From Spirochaetia bacterium (GTDB lineage Bacteria; Spirochaetota; Spirochaetia; SZUA-6; Bin103), in assembly GCA_965208575.1 (NCBI GenBank), contig CBDBOV010000002.1, positions 416,001 through 480,000 on the forward strand: DNA of 64,000 bases. Reading direction: 5' to 3'. The number at the start of each line of letters is the position of its first letter. Position 1 is the stretch's first letter. The position numbers were made by a program, and so were the translations under genes. The notes below the pieces were generated by a model, which did no database searches, was not told where the DNA came from, and was given only the letters and a program-made list of their open reading frames with translations. Below are positions 62,547 to 64,000 of this stretch, in pieces.

Positions 62547-63358
62547 ATGTACGCGCGAACGCTGGATGTCAGGAAGATCGCAGCACGAAAGTCGCTGTTT
62601 CTGTTCGGGCCGAGGAGCACCGGCAAGACGACGCTGCTGAGGGCGCAGTTCGCCTCGCGCGCGATTGTCAACCTGCTGCGCAGCAGCGAGTACCTGCCGC
62701 TGGCCGAGAACCCGTCGCGGCTGCGCGAGATCGTGGCCGAGGGCCGCGTCGGCACAATTTCGTCCACTTCGCGCGCTTCCTGAACGTCGCGGCGGCTTGC
62801 AACGGTCAACAGCTCAACTTCGCCAACGTGTCGCGCGACACCGGCGTGCCGGCCACCTCCGTACGCTCCTACTTCGACATCCTGGCCGACACGTTCATCG
62901 GGTTCCTGGTGCAACCCTGGCGCGGGTCGCGGCGCAAGGCGGTGGCAACCGCCAAGTTCTACTTTTTCGACGTTGGCGTCGCCAACTTCCTGCGCGGCGT
63001 CGCCGTGCTGAACCGGAACAGCAGCGAGTACGGCATCGCGTTCGAGCACTTCATCGCCATGGAACTGCGCAGCTACCTGTCCTACCGCCGTCTCCGGCTC
63101 GAGCTCACCTACTGGCGCACGCAGGGCGGCGTCGAGGTGGACTTCCTCGTCGGTTCAGCGGCGGCGGTCGAGGTCAAGGCGTCCGCCCGCGTCTCCGACC
63201 GCGACCTCAGAGGCCTGCGCGCCCTGGCCGACGAGGGCTCCACCGCGGTGCGGTACCTGGTCTCCTTCGACGCACTGGACCGCCGCACCGACGACGCCAT
63301 CCGCCTCTTGCATTGGCGCACCTTTCTCGCCAACCTCTGGACCGACTCGTTGTTCTGA
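62547..63358 (+). pseudogene. AAA_14/DUF4143 ATPase with internal deletion and frameshift
   Basis: LFGPRSTGKTT; no Walker B; C-terminal KFYFFDVG, YWRT..G.EVDF, EVK in another frame from ~62760. Confidence 0.8.
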
Positions 63359-63477
63359 CCGACTCTGTATGCTCGCCTGACCTTGGAAAGTGTATCGCTG
63401 GCGCATCGCACCGCTTCCCTCGGCTGTCGAACCCTGTGCTCGCTTTGATGTCAAAAACGAGCACCGGCTTGTTGGAC

Positions 63478-63667
63478 GGGTGGCCTGGCGCGGCACCAGC
63501 AGGCCGTAGTAGACGATGTCGTTGATCTCGGCGCGGTTGATGGCCAGCGACAGGGCGCGCCGGAAGCGCAGGTCCCGGAACAGGGCCCGCATCGCCGGGT
63601 CGGGGTCGTTCTGGTTGAGGCCGAACATCACCTCGGAGCCGTAGATGCCGGGCACCGGGACCACCAC
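63478..63667 (-). pseudogene. ABC peptide-type substrate-binding protein fragment
   Basis: LF.D.RFRRALSLAINR.EI...VY.G only. Confidence 0.65.
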
Positions 63668-63772
63668 GAGGGCACCATCACCGGCAACCTGGCCGCCGGC
63701 TTTGCCTTGCCTCTTCCTGTGCTTGTACAGATACTGGTCAGATAAGTAGTCATCAGCCGGACGGAGGGAGCA

Positions 63773-64000
63773 ATGGGCAGGTCATGGCAGGTGCAGGAGG
63801 CCAAGGCGCGCTTCAGCGAGTTTCTCGAGACGAGCCTCATCGAAGGGCCGCAGATCGTCACCAAGCGCGGCGTTGAGACCGCGGTACTGGTTTCCATCGA
63901 TCAGTGGCGGCGACTGGAACGGCGGACGGCGCCGGACATCAAGGAGTTGCTGTTCGCCCCGGATGCGCGCACGGAGATGCTGACCCCGCCACGGTCACTG
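63773..64000 (+). CDS. Phd/YefM family antitoxin (runs off window)
   Basis: WQVQEAKARFSE.L......GPQ.VT.RG...AV; GGAG SD. Confidence 0.85.
   Translation, partial: MGRSWQVQEAKARFSEFLETSLIEGPQIVTKRGVETAVLVSIDQWRRLERRTAPDIKELLFAPDARTEMLTPPRSL

Overview
High-GC bacterial chromosome window. The host may be a Spirochaetota-like, host-associated organism; this is inferred from gene style only. Positions 1 to ~24440 are the central and right part of a Mu-like transposable prophage: DUF3102, DDE transposase, MuB-like ATPase, DUF3164, GemA, Mor, an inverted DUF350/lytic-transglycosylase pair, protease/scaffold, gpT capsid, neck genes and a complete contractile tail with a DUF2586 sheath. No terminase, portal or gpF gene is visible. 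The capsid carries a ~90-aa insert that resembles a domain of the phage's own sheath. The probable right end (...CA, ~24439) interrupts a large SwmB/Calx-beta autotransporter-like gene, whose 3' part stays open from an ATG overlapping the tail-fibre stop. The rest is host DNA: alr, an MMPL/LolA-like/DUF1302 transport trio, rsmG, uppP, ftsK, tRNA(CAT), M48 and HtrA proteases, xylonate catabolism genes and PhyH. It also holds an IS110 element whose non-coding end has two loops matching its own junction sequences (bridge-RNA-like), a ~690-bp degenerate duplication around a small island, and many internally deleted pseudogenes, including three broken toxins next to intact antitoxins. All family assignments come from motif recognition by eye; no searches were run.
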